64,000 bases of DNA from Eledone cirrhosa. Its lineage: Eukaryota. The notes beneath the pieces were generated by a model. That model was given only the letters and a program-made list of their open reading frames with translations, did no database searches and had not been told where the DNA came from. The stretch lies in the NCBI GenBank assembly GCA_964016885.1, contig CAXHJY010000991.1:24346-88345 (forward strand). Reading direction: 5' to 3'. Positions 1 to 14,146 of this stretch are shown piece after piece (the stretch's first letter is position 1; every line of letters begins with the position of its first letter). The translations under genes and the position numbers were made by a program.

Positions 1-1159
1 TCGAGTAGCGCTGTTGACCAGTAGGACCGGGCTGCTGAGCGCAGTGAGTGAATGCAATGCAACTGCCGTGCGGGTTGTACGTATATGGATGATCTGACGG
101 TCAGAGAGGGGTCGCGAGGACTGCGGATTGACCTTTGGCCTGCCTGGGGACGATTATCTTTCGACATCCAATGTAGCAAGCGATGACCCAGATCTTACCA
201 GAGATCATTGGGTCCTGAAGCAATCCTGCAATCACCGCGCCTGGTCATATGAGCAGACTACAACCACAGTGATCATTAATTTAGAATCCTCGCTCATCAT
301 CTATAATTTCCATTTGTAGCACCTTAAGATGGGTTAATCCACCTTAATAATAATATGATCACCTTCAGCATAATTTAGTTAAACTACTCTATAGTTAGTA
401 CACTTTATGCTTTAAAAGTCTCTCTTGGAAGGTGCACCTCACCATAGAATTTAGGGTCTATATTGGGACACATTTTAATGGCTAGATATAGAAACCCCAG
501 AGTTACCTCCCCGCATGCATTAACTCCCCTTAGCCACACACACACTTCCGGTATTCAATGGCGTTTCTCGAAACGTAACAACCTCCTGTATCGAACTAAA
601 GAACACCAGACTACGATCTCTAACTGGATTGTCGTGGATTATGTGAAAGGCATATAATCGAAATATACACTCCCTTGACCATGAAAATGCCGAAGTACAT
701 GAATTACTTGACATCCCTGCGCTGTGCATCTCCAATACTTATAACACTTTTAATGCTTGCACTATCTTTAATGCTTATAATATTTCTCCACACACAGACT
801 ATATCAATCATATAAAGACTTTGCCACCAGATCTACCAACCTAACACTCTTATTTACCTACCTAAGTGCCTCTACCACACATATCTCTCTGCCACACTAT
901 ATAAACAAGACGCACATGCGTGCCACACATATAACATTTGCACTATATAACCACTTATCTTCATGTTGTACTTTAACCTATATCTTTGATTTTTGATTGT
1001 ACCTATTAATATAAATGTAATCTCGAAGTGTGTACTGCCACTCTAAATTCTGTAATGAATGTTGACCCACAATGTTTGAATATGTATCAATGTTTGAATA
1101 TGTGTTGGTATGTCTCTCGGCTGAAAAGGAGGTCATATAACTGTCCATGCATTAATAAA

Positions 1160-1207
1160 TTGCTCCGAAGAATCCAAACCTCGGTTTGGAGGAAACAGCT
1201 GTAGGCA
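1160..1207 (+). ncRNA. Type I hammerhead ribozyme motif (U4C core variant) in a short PLE-like terminal fragment (~1100-1254)
   Basis: tgct-CCGAAGA-a-tccaaacc-tc-ggtttgga-g-GAA-ACAGCTGT-A-ggca: 8-bp stem II, palindromic stem III, GUA site, 4-bp stem I. The fragment ends in TA repeat. Confidence 0.65.
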
Positions 1208-1254
1208 CAATAATGTTTTGAACAGTTCTTTGATTCTTATATTTCATATATTTC

Positions 1255-1257
1255 ATG

Positions 1258-1302
<45 letters not shown>

Positions 1303-1381
1303 GTATATATATATATATGTATATATATATATGTATATAAATATATATGTATATATATATATATCTCTATATATATATATG

Positions 1382-1412
<31 letters not shown>

Positions 1413-1434
1413 GCATATGTATATATATGCATAT

Positions 1435-1474
<40 letters not shown>

Positions 1475-1917
1475 GTATATATATATATATGTATATATAT
1501 ATATGTATATATATATATGTATATGTATATATGTATATATATATATATGTATATATATATGTGTATACATATATGTGTATATATATATATATGTATATAT
1601 ATATGTGTCTATATATATGTGTATATATATATGTGTATATATATATGTGTATATATATATGTGTATATGTATATGTGTATATGTATATGTACATATATAT
1701 GTATATATATATATGTATATATATGTATATATATATATGTATACATATATATATATATTTATGTATATATATATATTTATGTATATATATATATATATGT
1801 ATACATATATATATATATTTATGTATATATGTATATATATATATGTATACATATATATATATATTTATGTATATATGTATATATATATATATGTATACAT
1901 ATATATATATATTTATG

Positions 1918-1948
<31 letters not shown>

Positions 1949-1965
1949 GTATATATGTATGTATG
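1255..1965. repeat. (TA)n/(TATG) compound microsatellite
   Basis: Direct inspection; source of the spurious IY-rich ORFs. Confidence 0.97.
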
Positions 1966-1995
1966 TTGCATATGCAGATTCTTGTGTATTCATAC

Positions 1996-2029
<34 letters not shown>

Positions 2030-2061
2030 GTGTATGAACACGCAAGAATCTGCATATGCAA
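1966..2061. repeat. 31-bp inverted repeat enclosing a short TA tract
   Basis: ttgcatatgcagattcttgtgtattcataca ... tgtatgaacacgcaagaatctgcatatgcaa, 2 mismatches. Confidence 0.85.
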
Positions 2062-2322
2062 TGCATATATGTTTTTTACACAGTCTTTTTATCATGTAAT
2101 GGCATGGCACATTGACTCGCTGTACCAACATATTTTCATTTTCAATAAGACTTTTCAATATCTCTAATTAGCAAATAATATATATATCTGTTGGTGGGTA
2201 GAGGAGAACAAACTATATATTTATCTCTGTGGGTGATCGTTTCACAGCAGAGAAAGTGAGAGATATAGATTAAGATAGTGAGTGAAAGCAAACATATATA
2301 CATACAGAAGTGCATATATAAT

Positions 2323-2382
<60 letters not shown>

Positions 2383-2417
2383 TTATATGAATCAAAGAAC
2401 TGTTCAAAACATTTTTA

Positions 2418-2464
2418 TGCTTACAACTTTTTCCTCCAAACCGAGGTTTGGATTCTTCGGAGCA
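2418..2464 (-). ncRNA. Type I hammerhead motif, same family as 1160-1207, inverted copy (fragment ~2379-2520)
   Basis: Minus strand tgct-CCGAAGA-atccaaacctcggtttggag-GAAA-aagttg-TA-agca; stem III degenerate. Confidence 0.55.
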
Positions 2465-2596
2465 ATTTATTATTGAATGAACACTTATATGACCTCCTTT
2501 TCACCCAAGAGACATACAGATACATAGGGTTTATATAAAAATATATATAACTGCAAATGGTTTTTGTATTTACATAACCATAAATAGTATAATTAA

Positions 2597-2644
<48 letters not shown>

Positions 2645-2692
2645 ATGAAATGACAGGAGGCTGGATTTGTGTAAATCCTTGAAAGGTTTATT

Positions 2693-2751
2693 ATACTATG
2701 ATCATTTCAATGACCGGGTTCCGTATGAATCCGGTGATATCATCAGGTATT
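2693..2751 (-). ncRNA. Type I hammerhead ribozyme motif in a TA-flanked element (2641-2988)
   Basis: Minus strand atac-CTGATGA-tatc-accgg-attc-atacg-gaac-ccggt-catt-GAA-ATGATCAT-A-gtat; palindromic stem III, AUA site. Confidence 0.7.
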
Positions 2752-2983
2752 CGAAATATAATACGTGAATTTAATAGATAAAATCCATGGGGCTGAAAAT
2801 CGAGGACCCGAGGGCGACCGCTATCCTACTCCTTCAACCTCAACCGATCGTCCTCCGTAATAGCACCACCAACTACAAAAACAAAGACGGTTGAACTGCT
2901 TTACCTTGAGTACTCTCTATATTATTGCATTACGATTGACCATACGGAATAGACCAGCTCTATCAAGTGGTGAACCTCAAACC

Positions 2984-3061
<78 letters not shown>

Positions 3062-3938
3062 TCGAAACACGCATGTTTATATATATTATATTTTGCATAT
3101 AATATTAGATGTCCCGACGGTAAGAGCTCAGTCCTCGTGTCGCGATTCTTTCTGATATAGATATATAGAAAGTGTATTAAGTGACATATACAAAGAAATA
3201 ACATATCACTCAATACATCCTACTGAGTAAATATTTATACTTTCATGGCTGTTAAATGAGGCATATATTTATTCGCTGCTGATCTAGGTTCCCATTTAAT
3301 GCGCGATATTACGTTCAGGAAATCGAAACCCATTGCTGCTACGTTTGCTATAAGTTCATGCTGCTGAGAAAAACAGCCACTCTAGTTATCTGATCGAAAA
3401 GAGTATTGAAGGACTATATCGAGTGTACTCAATGTTATATTTGGGCAGTAATATCTACGATGGAGCAGCGCTTAGATTATATAGTGAGGAGTGGCGCAAC
3501 CATTAATACAACCAGAAAAATTCCCAGAACATTATTAGAAATAGTTTTCTAGGAAATGATACTCCAATTTATTTAAAATCACACGCATACGGAAATACAA
3601 GCGCTGAAAATTAGGACATTAGAAATCGCATCAAGTAGCTTCAAATATTCATCTCAGGTAAAAAAATATTAAATTAATGCTCACCTTGGTAGAGATTCCT
3701 CCCGTAGATTAAACTCCACTTTGCATTAAATTTAGCATTAGAGTTCCACGTGAATTGATTTTCCAAACGTGGTTCTAGCTTATTAAGCGGTAAATAAGCA
3801 ATTCACTTTCGATGAACTTAGACCAAAATCTAACTAATTACGGTTCTTTGAAAAATAAGTAATGTATGTTCGTGTATAAGAAATACATTGTACTGATCAA
3901 GGAAAGCATTAACTGTTAAAATATCTATCCCTTCATAT

Positions 3939-3978
3939 ATCTCTCTCTCTCTTTCTCTCTATTTCACTCTCTCTCTCT

Positions 3979-4071
<93 letters not shown>
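3939..4071. repeat. (CT)n + (CA)n microsatellite
   Basis: Direct inspection. Confidence 0.95.
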
Positions 4072-4073
<2 letters not shown>

Positions 4074-5051
4074 TCTATCCATTTTTCTCACATATGTATA
4101 TGCCTGTGCTTGTATTGTTTGATTGTGGTTAGAACTTTGTGTGTTTGTAAATGCATATGTTTGTGTGCATGTGTGTATACATACGTACATGCATAAGTGT
4201 ATGTTTGTATCAATGTGTGTCTGAGTGTGTGAGTATATATACAATGATGAAATGCATTTGTGATAATATTTATAAACGTGTTACATTGTAATTATGAACA
4301 ATGTTAGCCATTGGTTGGGATGGTTCTGACAGTTACTTCTCTTTAAGTCTTTTATATGCAGATACACTTGTAAATACCTTTCACGTTGAATTTGGTTCAT
4401 TTCTGTAATTGCCGCCAAAATGACATATGATTCTGTTGAATATCATGTTTCTATGCTCGTGGTCTGAATTGTCTGTGTAGACCACGTGTATTCTGTGGAA
4501 AGATATATGGCAGCAATATGTCATGTATATTATTGAAATCAATTTGTTTAATGGAGTCATTATATCTATCTAAATTCAACTACGAGCCTCCTGTGTACCA
4601 GAGATTTGAAAACCTAGGTGAAGGGTAACCTGACTTGCATTTCAAATGAATGTACTTTTATTTGGCGCTGTGTTCTCATTGTTCTCTACCTATCACGTGT
4701 GCATTATATATGTACACACCAAGTTTAAATCTATGTTAGAAAACAAATATAATAGCCTGACGTCTTATCACAGACAGCTTAAATTTATCAAGAAATGTTA
4801 TTTATTATGCCCGCGCACATCGCTTTCTTAAAGGCATGATTTTGTTTGTAATTTATAAAAGAAATGTGACATTCTTGGTCTTCAAGATCTTGACGTATCT
4901 ATATATTTTAACGTTTGGAATTCACTTATCATTCTTTAACATTTAGAATTCGCCTATCTTTCTAGTACAGATGATGGTTCTCAAAAGCTAAGGCAATATT
5001 GTGTAAGAAAACTGAACAGAATCAAGATAAATATTCACCCTTCTGAGTCTA

Positions 5052-5340
5052 GTGAAGCCGCATGGCTTAGTTATAAGTTTGTTGGCCTTAGGATCATAAT
5101 ATAGTGGGTTCGATTCCTGGGCTGTGTTATATGATGTGTTCTTGAGCAAAACACTTCACTTCAAGTTGCTCTAGTATACTCAGCTGAATATGAGTACCAG
5201 CAAGAGCTGGAGGTTTAATATGGCGATGAACTGGCGTCATAACCAGGGTTGGGGTTTGTTTTACATTCAGTCACTTCACGGAAACAAAACCGCGATAAGT
5301 ACCACCCAATCTATCCTCCTGGCTTGGGACAGACTATTTT
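5052..5340 (+). mobile_element. tRNA-derived SINE with CORE-like domain
   Basis: A box-like tggcttagt, B box ggttcgattcc, then gtgttcttgagcaaaacacttcacttcaagttgctc; related copy at 46360. Confidence 0.7.
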
Positions 5341-5997
5341 AGATTTGCGAGATTGGTGTATTGATAAGCAATAATACGATGATAATGAGGAATTATCGTC
5401 TCCAATGTAACTATCACACCAGTAGACAAAGAGACAAAGTAGTATGACGTATAATAATCTTAGAGTTAGGTATGCTTCAGATTCTATGTCAGACTTAATA
5501 TATTTCTCTTATGATGCTCATTTGCTCTAACCGATGTCCAGATAATTATTTCATCTCTGAAAAACAACACTGAATATATATATCATGCATTATGATTTGC
5601 TTAGAAACCTATTTATTTGCTCTAATTGTTTTCATATCAAGTATGTTGTGGTTGTTTATGGGATACGGATTTCATGAATTTCTTGATGAGACTGTCTAAA
5701 TATATGGATCGATTTAATTATAGATTCGCTCTGAAAGGTATGTTGCCAATTTAAATGGAATCCACTAGGTTGGAGATCAGCCAAAATTACATACGTTCAA
5801 GTATACACACATATACACATAGACACACATACACAGACAGACACACACACACATACACACAAGCATACATATAAACACACATTGACACACACACACACAC
5901 ACAAATGTATATATGTGTGCGTGTGTGTATGTGTACGTATCTTAGATTGGAAGTGTTTCCGTGTGTATCCATGTATATATATATATATATATATATA

Positions 5998-6555
5998 TAA
6001 TGAATGGCATAACAACAACACCCAAACAAACAACACTGACCTAAGAGAAGTATAAATAAATAAATAGATAAATAAATAAATACATACACAAGCACAATAA
6101 CAACAAACACATATAAACAGACACTAGTAAAGATAGAATATATTAATCAATACACAGCCACCCAATCAGGAACACACATCAAACAAAACACTATACACAC
6201 ACGCAAACGCATGCGCAAAGAAGACAAAAAAAAACAAATAAATAAATATATAAACAGACTAAATAAAGATGGCGTAGAAAATACAATGCAACGGGAGGAA
6301 AGAATAGCACCACTGACGATGTTGCAGATGTGCAACGAAAGAACTTTGATAAACTATATATATGTGTTTGTGTCTATATTGTATCTGTATTTTTGACCGT
6401 TGGTCAGTCAATGGCAACATTGAAGACCGAATAATTTAAATTCACCGATATAAAAGACACAGAAGCGAAAAGCGAAAACCAACCAAGCAGTGAGTGTGTT
6501 CTGTTATTAATTCTGGCAATATTACACAAATATGACACTCCCCAAGTATAACAAT
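5998..6555 (+). mobile_element. PLE pseudo-LTR/3'UTR fragment (relative of the 21.5-26 kb element) with HHR at ~6310-6349
   Basis: CTGACGA-t-gttgca-gatg-tgcaac-GAAA-gaac-TT. Ends atgacactccccaagtataacaat (MTLPKYNN) followed by TA repeat, the same terminus as the large PLE. Confidence 0.8.
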
Positions 6556-6934
6556 ATATATATTTATATATATATATATATATATATATACATAAGTCTA
6601 TCCAACTCTAGTGTCTGATACAAGAATAAGATAGAATATATATAGAAATGTAATAAACGTACTTAAATCTCGATACGTGAGTTTTAAGTTGTGATACCTG
6701 TTACAAAATTCTATTACGCAATACGCTCTCTTAATTTCACTCCTATTTAACGCACGTGTATATATGTACACACACAGCCACACATAAACGCACACATTCA
6801 AACACAGATGCACCCTCTCATAAAGACAAACATATATATATATATACGTGTTTAAACATATATGTGTGTTCTCATGTAAGTTCATATTGTGTGTGTGTGT
6901 ATGTATGTGTGTGTGTCTGTGTGTGTATGTGTGC

Positions 6935-6978
<44 letters not shown>

Positions 6979-9169
6979 ACATGAGCGTTTATGTGTGAAT
7001 ATATATATATATATATGTTTGTACGTATTTATGTATATTGATATTGTACACATACACACGTTTCTATTGTATTGTGTAATAGTGTACGTTGCATGCTGCT
7101 AATATATAGCGCCGTGCTAACCTCAGTGCTTTTTAAATCCAATGATTGCGTGACTGTGTCTATACTTCCTTATTCCTATGCACACCTTTCTATAAATATG
7201 TGACTATGTGCATAACTTCAGATACGTGCGTGTTGCTTTGCATGTGGTAACGTCAGATATGAACGCTGAAGGCAAAGAGGTAGATTATATAAGCCGATCA
7301 AAAGACCAGTAACAAATATAATCGATAGAATGAAGATTAGGTTAGCAGAAAAAGGGTAAACATATTAATAAAGGGATCAGCTTATGTATATATAGAAACG
7401 TAAATCTCTTCTAATTAATAGCAGATTTGGAGAAATGTATCTCGCAAATGAGAAAAATCACGTAAAGAATTGTAGAACGTGGGTGGTTTAAAAAGCCAAG
7501 GTAATCAATACAAGAAATATTGTCATCACCAGTGATCTACGACTCGCTTGGCGTCTTACTGATGCAAGATAAGTGCGTATTAAAGAAAGATATATTTTAA
7601 CGTGGCAATAACTTTCTATTATATAATTTTGACTGTCAATCTTAACAATATTAAAGCGAGTAATATTATTGATGTTTTACTAGCATTGCTGTATTTTATC
7701 CACATATACAACAATTAGACTTCTATGTTTTTTAAATTTGCACAGATCGATTGAACTAATACATACAATAACTTTAAAGGTTAGAACGTTTTATTGTTGA
7801 TTTGCTAAGTGTAGATTTATATATTATACCGTCTAGGCATTTGGTTTTATTGAATAAAATCTGATTGTGAAGACTATGTGCTATTGTGTCTCAATACACT
7901 GCTTTCAACTGTAGACTATTTTAAAATTATTTAATTACTGATATCAAACTTATTGCTACTTAATCATGTCGCCATTTATTCGTTCTCCTTCGTCAGTCGT
8001 TAATACATAACATGTAATCTATTTGCTATAGTCACAAGAATATTAGCTTCGTATATTATTTTACAACACTATACGACTACAGTTAATACAGTAGAAATCA
8101 TCACAAGATTATACACATTACCTTGTTATTTTTTCTAGTAATATAATTAGCAACATAATAAAGTGACTTACAGACGGTCAAATTTCCTCGGTATGCAATG
8201 AAATTTATTTCTATAACTTGGTTTCATCCCTAATATAACTCTATTGTCTATACTATTTAGTAAATAGCCCACCAATTACTATTAGTTTGAAGACTATACA
8301 AGTATAAAGAAAACGAGACAACAAACTATCAGCCAGGCTCAAATTGAAAATGTTCAGTCTTATTTTATACTTAAACTGATGTACTCATTCATATGCTATC
8401 AGTGAATCAAAGCAACACCAGCACCTTAAACAAACTAGAAAGACACCTACACAATCGAGTCAATGGAACATTTTAAAGTAGCAGCTACAACTTTTTATCC
8501 AAATCATTACATCGTCATTTTAAATCAAGAGGTCATCAGATATTTTAGTTCTCGATATATGATTTGATGATATACTCACAACTTGCTGAAAGGCCTTTCA
8601 TCAGAGCTAATCCGAACTAAACTAGACAAAGAGAAACACATAACACAACATATTCTATATAAAATCAAGTACAATGCGCCCAGCGTGGGAATAAATAAAA
8701 TGTTCCTAATGCAGCAAAGCTAAGTCAGTGTGCCTGTAAGACAGCATCCAAATTAAAAACAAAAACGCAAAACAAAAAATATAATGGTGAATGAGATTTA
8801 ACAACAGTCTGAGAAAAGATCTCTTGTGATGGGATAAAAATCGTGAATGTTTCATAAATAAAAAAAAACAACGATACGTAGAATATATTAGAAAAACGCT
8901 AAAACACAAAATAATGTAGTTCCCACAGTAAAAGACGCCGAGCAGATTATAGTAAATCAGTGTAAGAATACAACTATGAAATGATCAGATAGTTAGGCTT
9001 ATAAAACCATTAACCTCACGGTTAACCATTTTCATAATCCCTTAATCAAGAAATATATGTCACACGCGTCAGCTGTATATACAGAAAAGGTAACATACAA
9101 ACATGTGAATGAAAATTGTTTTTTGAGGAATGAGCTGTGCAAAGTTTTACAACGCCTCTACTTGGAACG

Positions 9170-9600
9170 ACTACCTGATCGAGCTAGGCACCCTGTCGAA
9201 AAACGTTATTCCAAAGAAACCCTATTTCTGCCGCGTCTATTCGCAACTGTATTCTGTCTGGCTCTCCCTAAGATTATATGACCATACGCAAGGGTAGGCA
9301 CGAACACCGAATTGAACATAGTTAGTTTAGCATTTATATCTACCTAACTTCTAATGACCAATTGCTGAACCTGGGTCATTACTGCACAGCTCCGGTAATT
9401 CTTGCATATAATACTGTATCTATCCTTCCATCACTGGTAAACACGTCCCCAAGATATTGAACGTCTCTATTTACTTCAGTGTAACACCACTTACCCTTAG
9501 AGGGCACAGCGCAGGCTTTCTTGAGAGGACGATTATTCCAGACTTCGCAGCACTGATTTTCATTCCTACCGGGAATCACTGAGCAGCTAAATTATTTTGT
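9170..9600 (-). mobile_element. Degenerate RTE-like LINE RT C-terminal fragment
   Basis: Translation QYLGDVFTSDGRIDTVLYARI resembles the RTE-clade YLGxxFTxDG...RI motif; interrupted. Confidence 0.45.
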
Positions 9601-10097
9601 GCATGTCGGAAGGTGATATTTGAATAGGTCAAAATACAATGACACAAATATACAAGTACACAATTATATAGAGATACAATTACAACAAAGTTTTCTTAGT
9701 TTCACGCTCGTTGGAAAAGGAAAAAGAATGTCTCATATATCGGACGCCAGTCTTTCACCAGAAAGAGTAAAGATAGAAGGATAAGGTTGGAAGTTTGAAG
9801 AAGAGAAAAATAAAGAAGTTATTATCGAGAATAATTAGTCCGGTATGCGAAGTGGTGCGAAGATGCCATTGTCAGGATCTATCATTTGCAGTGATAGATG
9901 TGTGAAGATGGTGTGCATTTTCTGGATGTGCCATGTATGTTATTGACAGTCTGTATGTGTGTGAGGATGTTTGAGTATGTGTAGCATAAAGAGGGGTATC
10001 CAAAACAGAGTAATCCCTGCAGGAGTACGAATATGCGAAAGAATAACAATACCTTGCGAAAATAATGTTTTCGCTGTGGTATTCATTGGTTTAGAAC

Positions 10098-10138
<41 letters not shown>

Positions 10139-10226
10139 GGAAAAATTTGAACAGGGACAAAACAGAGAGGCAGTACAACAAATGTTTATTAATTTCACGC
10201 TCTGGAGAGTGGGGTGTTGGTGGGGG

Positions 10227-10258
10227 ACGACGTTTCGGGCATAAGCCCTTCCTCAGGT
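10227..10258 (-). ncRNA. Minimal PLE-type hammerhead motif (weak stem I)
   Basis: Minus strand ac-CTGAGGA-a-gggc-ttat-gccc-GAA-ACGT-C-gt; only 2 bp of stem I. The element ends at TA repeat (~10137). Confidence 0.55.
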
Positions 10259-10707
10259 GGGAAGTGTGTGGGAACAGAGTTCAAAGGGTGTGTAGAGGAG
10301 TGGTGGAGAGACATATAGCGAAAGGAAACGGTGCGAATGAAAAAATAAAAAATAAAGATAAAAATAAAAATAAGGCATGATCAAAATACAAGGAATGAGA
10401 TAAATTTAAAAATAAAGGCATGGTCAAAATAAACTGAAATTAAAAGGGGGGTAAACAGGTGGTGGAAGGGTGTGGGGTGTGTAGGGGTGGTGGCGGGTGG
10501 AGTGGGGAGAGGGAGACGGGGTGTCCGAACGGGGAGGGCTGAAGGTGGTGTGTGTGTGTAGGTGTGCGTGTGTGTGTGTGTGTGTGTGTGTATGTGAAAG
10601 TAAGGGTTGGGGGAAGAACGGGGTTGCATGTTCAGGAAGAGGTGTGTGTGGGGGGGTTTGTGGGTCGGAGTGTCTGTGCGTGTGTGGATAGAGGGGGGGG
10701 GGGGCGG

Positions 10708-10756
<49 letters not shown>

Positions 10757-10933
10757 AGACGAACGACAAGATCCTAGACCTCATTCGCCAAAATAGTTTG
10801 GGGAGCTCGTCAAATCGGACGGAGGAAACAATGTTTCCATTGGTCTTTCCAATACATATATTTTTATATATATATATATATATATATGTCTTGCAAGCAG
10901 GGAAAAGCGGACGTAAAATGGTGATGATGATGA

Positions 10934-10971
<38 letters not shown>

Positions 10972-11429
10972 AGAGAGTGTGTGTATGTTTGTTTGTGTTT
11001 GTGTGTGTCTGTGTGTGTGGTAAAAGAAAAGGAAAATGGGAGATAAGTAAAAGAAATGGAGATGATATATACAGTGCTGCTGTTGATGATGATGAAAACG
11101 TAGTGAAAATAGTGAAAGTTGAAATTAGTGTAATTATAGTGTTAACATGATGGACAAAAAATATCGATAAAAATGGTAGACTCAGGGAAAATATGAAAAT
11201 AATTATTTTTATAATTTTCGAAATTTTTATTTAATGTTTACTATATTTTACAAACAAAAGTTATACAATGATAGAAATCTTAAATATGATACAAAAGTAA
11301 ATGAATTAATGAGAAATCAAGGCGGATAAGTTAAACGAGGGCTGTATGGGAACGTAGCGTAAAGGACTATAAATGCCATACATGTAAGGAAAAGGAAAGA
11401 GTAAGGACTATTAAAGAACGGGAAAAGTG

Positions 11430-12140
11430 AGGACGAAGGGGAGAGAGTGGCAGACTCTACGTCCCGCAGACAAAATTGCAAAGGCATTTCCGCGGACAAT
11501 GCCCAGACGCATCCATTGCAACAGCCAACCCTCCTCGCAGGGTTACTTCCCTAGACGGGCTGCATCGAGGCTCCATCTAAATATGTCGTTGAAGGCAGTA
11601 TATCGGTTAAACCGAACCTGTAGGGGTGCAGGAAACAAGATTCACAGACAGTCCCACAACGATATTTATATGGCTCATACTCTCAGGGGCCAAGAAGTTG
11701 GGCCACAGGGGTAACGGTTTATGAGAAGAGCACAGCTCGTTGGCTGCCAAGCGCATCGGAGGGAGGCGTGGCAGTGTTTGTCTAAGCGAAATTCGATCCA
11801 CTTGAAGGAAGACCTGCACTTGGTATCGTCCCAGTTAGGTTGGGCAATTTTATACTGGGGGACATGAAGACCATCGCAAGTCCAGTCGGCCAGAGTATGC
11901 TACAGTTCTGGAGTCACGCCAGGTTCGGTGTTCTTTCTGAAAAATTCAGTGATGAGGGTGCGACTGGAGGAAATTGAGGAGAGATAGGTCAGCAGTACCA
12001 GACGCGAAGTGTATTGGATGCAGAGACCACTGAACCTCACTGCGATCGTCACCTCTTGCCAGCTCGTGTTTTTGAAACTAACATTGCAGATGAGTTTGCG
12101 CAGCGTTTGATGATGGTGTCGAGTTCACCGAGGTGATCTG
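11430..12140 (-). mobile_element. Degenerate, internally deleted CRE-like non-LTR retrotransposon 3' fragment
   Basis: Minus strand peptides TAFNDIFRWSLDAA and EEGWLLQWMRLGIVRGNAFAILSAG parallel the 12757-13350 fragment. Confidence 0.5.
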
Positions 12141-12756
12141 TGAATATGAAATATATTTTTTTATTAGTAGTACTACTTAAGGCCGTTTTAATTTTTCCAT
12201 ATCCCCTCTTCTCTTCGCTCTCATTTCTAGTTCTATTTCATCGTCATCTCCCACTCTTTACAAAGGCAAATCTATTATCCCGTAAATATTTTATACACAC
12301 ACCCACTCATTAAATATATTTTCTATCCATTTCGTCTCCATCACATCTTCTAAGTTACTATCCACAAACACAACCACCCCCATCACTCACAAGCAGAAAT
12401 CTACTGAACCATTTCATTTGATTCACTATATCCACTTCCACAGTAGAAAGGCCATTACCATTTTACTGTTCCTTTATTTATTCAAACTTCAACGCTTTCA
12501 TCATCATCATCATCATCATCATAATCGTCATTATCATCATCATCATCATCATAACCGTCGACCGCATCATCAACATAATAATCTTTCACTGTTTTCGGAA
12601 ATAATTGCATTTTTTATCAAATATTTCATTCACCACAACCAATTGATAAACACCCACCCAAATTATTTACCCTATCACCACCATCTACTGAAACTTTAAT
12701 CCATATGTTTATCCGACAAATTCCTATTAACAACATTATATCATCATCGCGAATTC

Positions 12757-13350
12757 TATTCCCATCTGCGCATCGACGTGTCTTGGCCTCCGGATCTGCG
12801 AGCCACACCATTATTGCTGTGGATCCCCCGTGGAATCTTTCAGCCTACACCCACTTTCCTGTCTCCACAGTGCTGGCCGCCTTCCACGCCATGCTGCCGT
12901 CAACGAAGCATGGCTTGGACGCTGCAGGCTTCCCTTCCCAGCTCGAGCCGGTGGGGCTGGACCAAGGAGACGGCAAAAGGCCAGATGGTATGGCCATCTT
13001 CCGGTTCCGCGGTGGCAAACCCCTCGTCTGGTATGCTACTTGCACCGACACTTTCTCCAGCCGAAACCTGGTGCAGTCTGCGACTAACCCAGGTTCTGCT
13101 GCACGTCGGGCTTAAGAGGCCAAACTCTCCAAATACCGGTCTCTCTCTGACAGGTTTGCGGTCGTAATTTGGCAGTGGAGATTTCTCGTGTCCTCGGCCC
13201 TAGGGCTACCTCCCTACTCACCACCATAGGCGCTGAGCTGGCAGCCTCAGGTGTGAGTCTCGTGCGTTGGAATGGTTCTTCCAGCGCGTCTCCCTTACCA
13301 TCCTTTGGTGAAACGCCTTCTCCATTCTGTCCACCGGGGCTGCGGGGAGG
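12757..13350 (+). mobile_element. CRE-like (restriction-like endonuclease) non-LTR retrotransposon 3' fragment, frameshifted
   Basis: Zinc-knuckle-like CEPHHYCCG...HPLSCLHSAGRLPRHAAVN; endonuclease EPVGLDQGDGKRPDG...LVWYATCTDT; C-terminal WFFQRVSL...NAFSILSTG. Confidence 0.8.
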
Positions 13351-13555
13351 CCAGCAATCCTATTGACTGACTTGTCCTTTTATCAGTCAACCTGCTATTT
13401 GTTTCAATATATGTATTTGTACTTGTATCCACTATCTCCTTATTTCTCTTAGTTTTTTCTTTACTTCCCTTTCCATCGACTTTCTCCTGCCATAACTCAT
13501 GTCTTCCCATCCGTGAACAACAATATAAGGACAGCTATGTTTTTTCCCAATATAT

Positions 13556-13737
13556 AGGTGGATTGGCAGTATCGGTATAGGGTCGGACGCCATGCTTTCC
13601 AGCAAAGTTACGTCCCTTTACGATCTGAGTTCAAATCCCGACGAGGTTGACTTTGCCTTTCATCCTTAAGGGGTCGATAAAATAAAGTACCAGTAATGAA
13701 CTGGTGAATTACTGGCCTTGTGCCTAAAGTAGAAACA
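13556..13737 (+). mobile_element. tRNA-derived SINE (second family, Nin/Deu-like conserved domain)
   Basis: B box gagttcaaatccc followed by ttgcctttcatccttaaggggtcgataaaataaagtaccag; inverted relatives at 48165-48450 and 48925-49130. Confidence 0.7.
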
Positions 13738-13891
13738 AATATATATTGTGTATGCAATCGAAATATTACACTTGGCTGAGGATCATGTGAGTACAAAGGC
13801 AACACTTTAGATTAACAAGGCATGGACTTAATAAATGAATAAACACACACACACACACACAAACAGAAACACACACACACAAACACACACC

Positions 13892-13942
<51 letters not shown>

Positions 13943-14146
13943 ATGTATATTCATATATACACACATATATATATGTATATATATATATATATATATTATT
14001 ATATATGTATATGTATGGAAAGTTATATTTAAATTGTTGGGTTACAACTAGTAAATATTTATAACTGATATAAAAGCACTCGACAAGTATTTGGAGTATA
14101 TTTACAATATTAAATAAATGGAAACTATATTTATAAAACCATATTT

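Noticed and set aside
1-320. GC-richer segment with a 63-aa ORF
   Set aside because: No recognisable motif; truncated by the window edge; cannot assign.
625-672. Hairpin gattatg...catataatc followed by GAAATATAC
   Set aside because: Resembles the 3' half of an HHR, but there is no CUGANGA-like core or stem I.
5052-5125. tRNA gene
   Set aside because: A/B boxes are present, but there is no cloverleaf and the sequence continues into a SINE body.
8575-8610. Minus-strand CTGATGA followed by aaggccttt; similar isolated cores at 7990, 8534, 28801 and 50398
   Set aside because: No correctly placed GAAA, stem III or closing stem I; chance matches.
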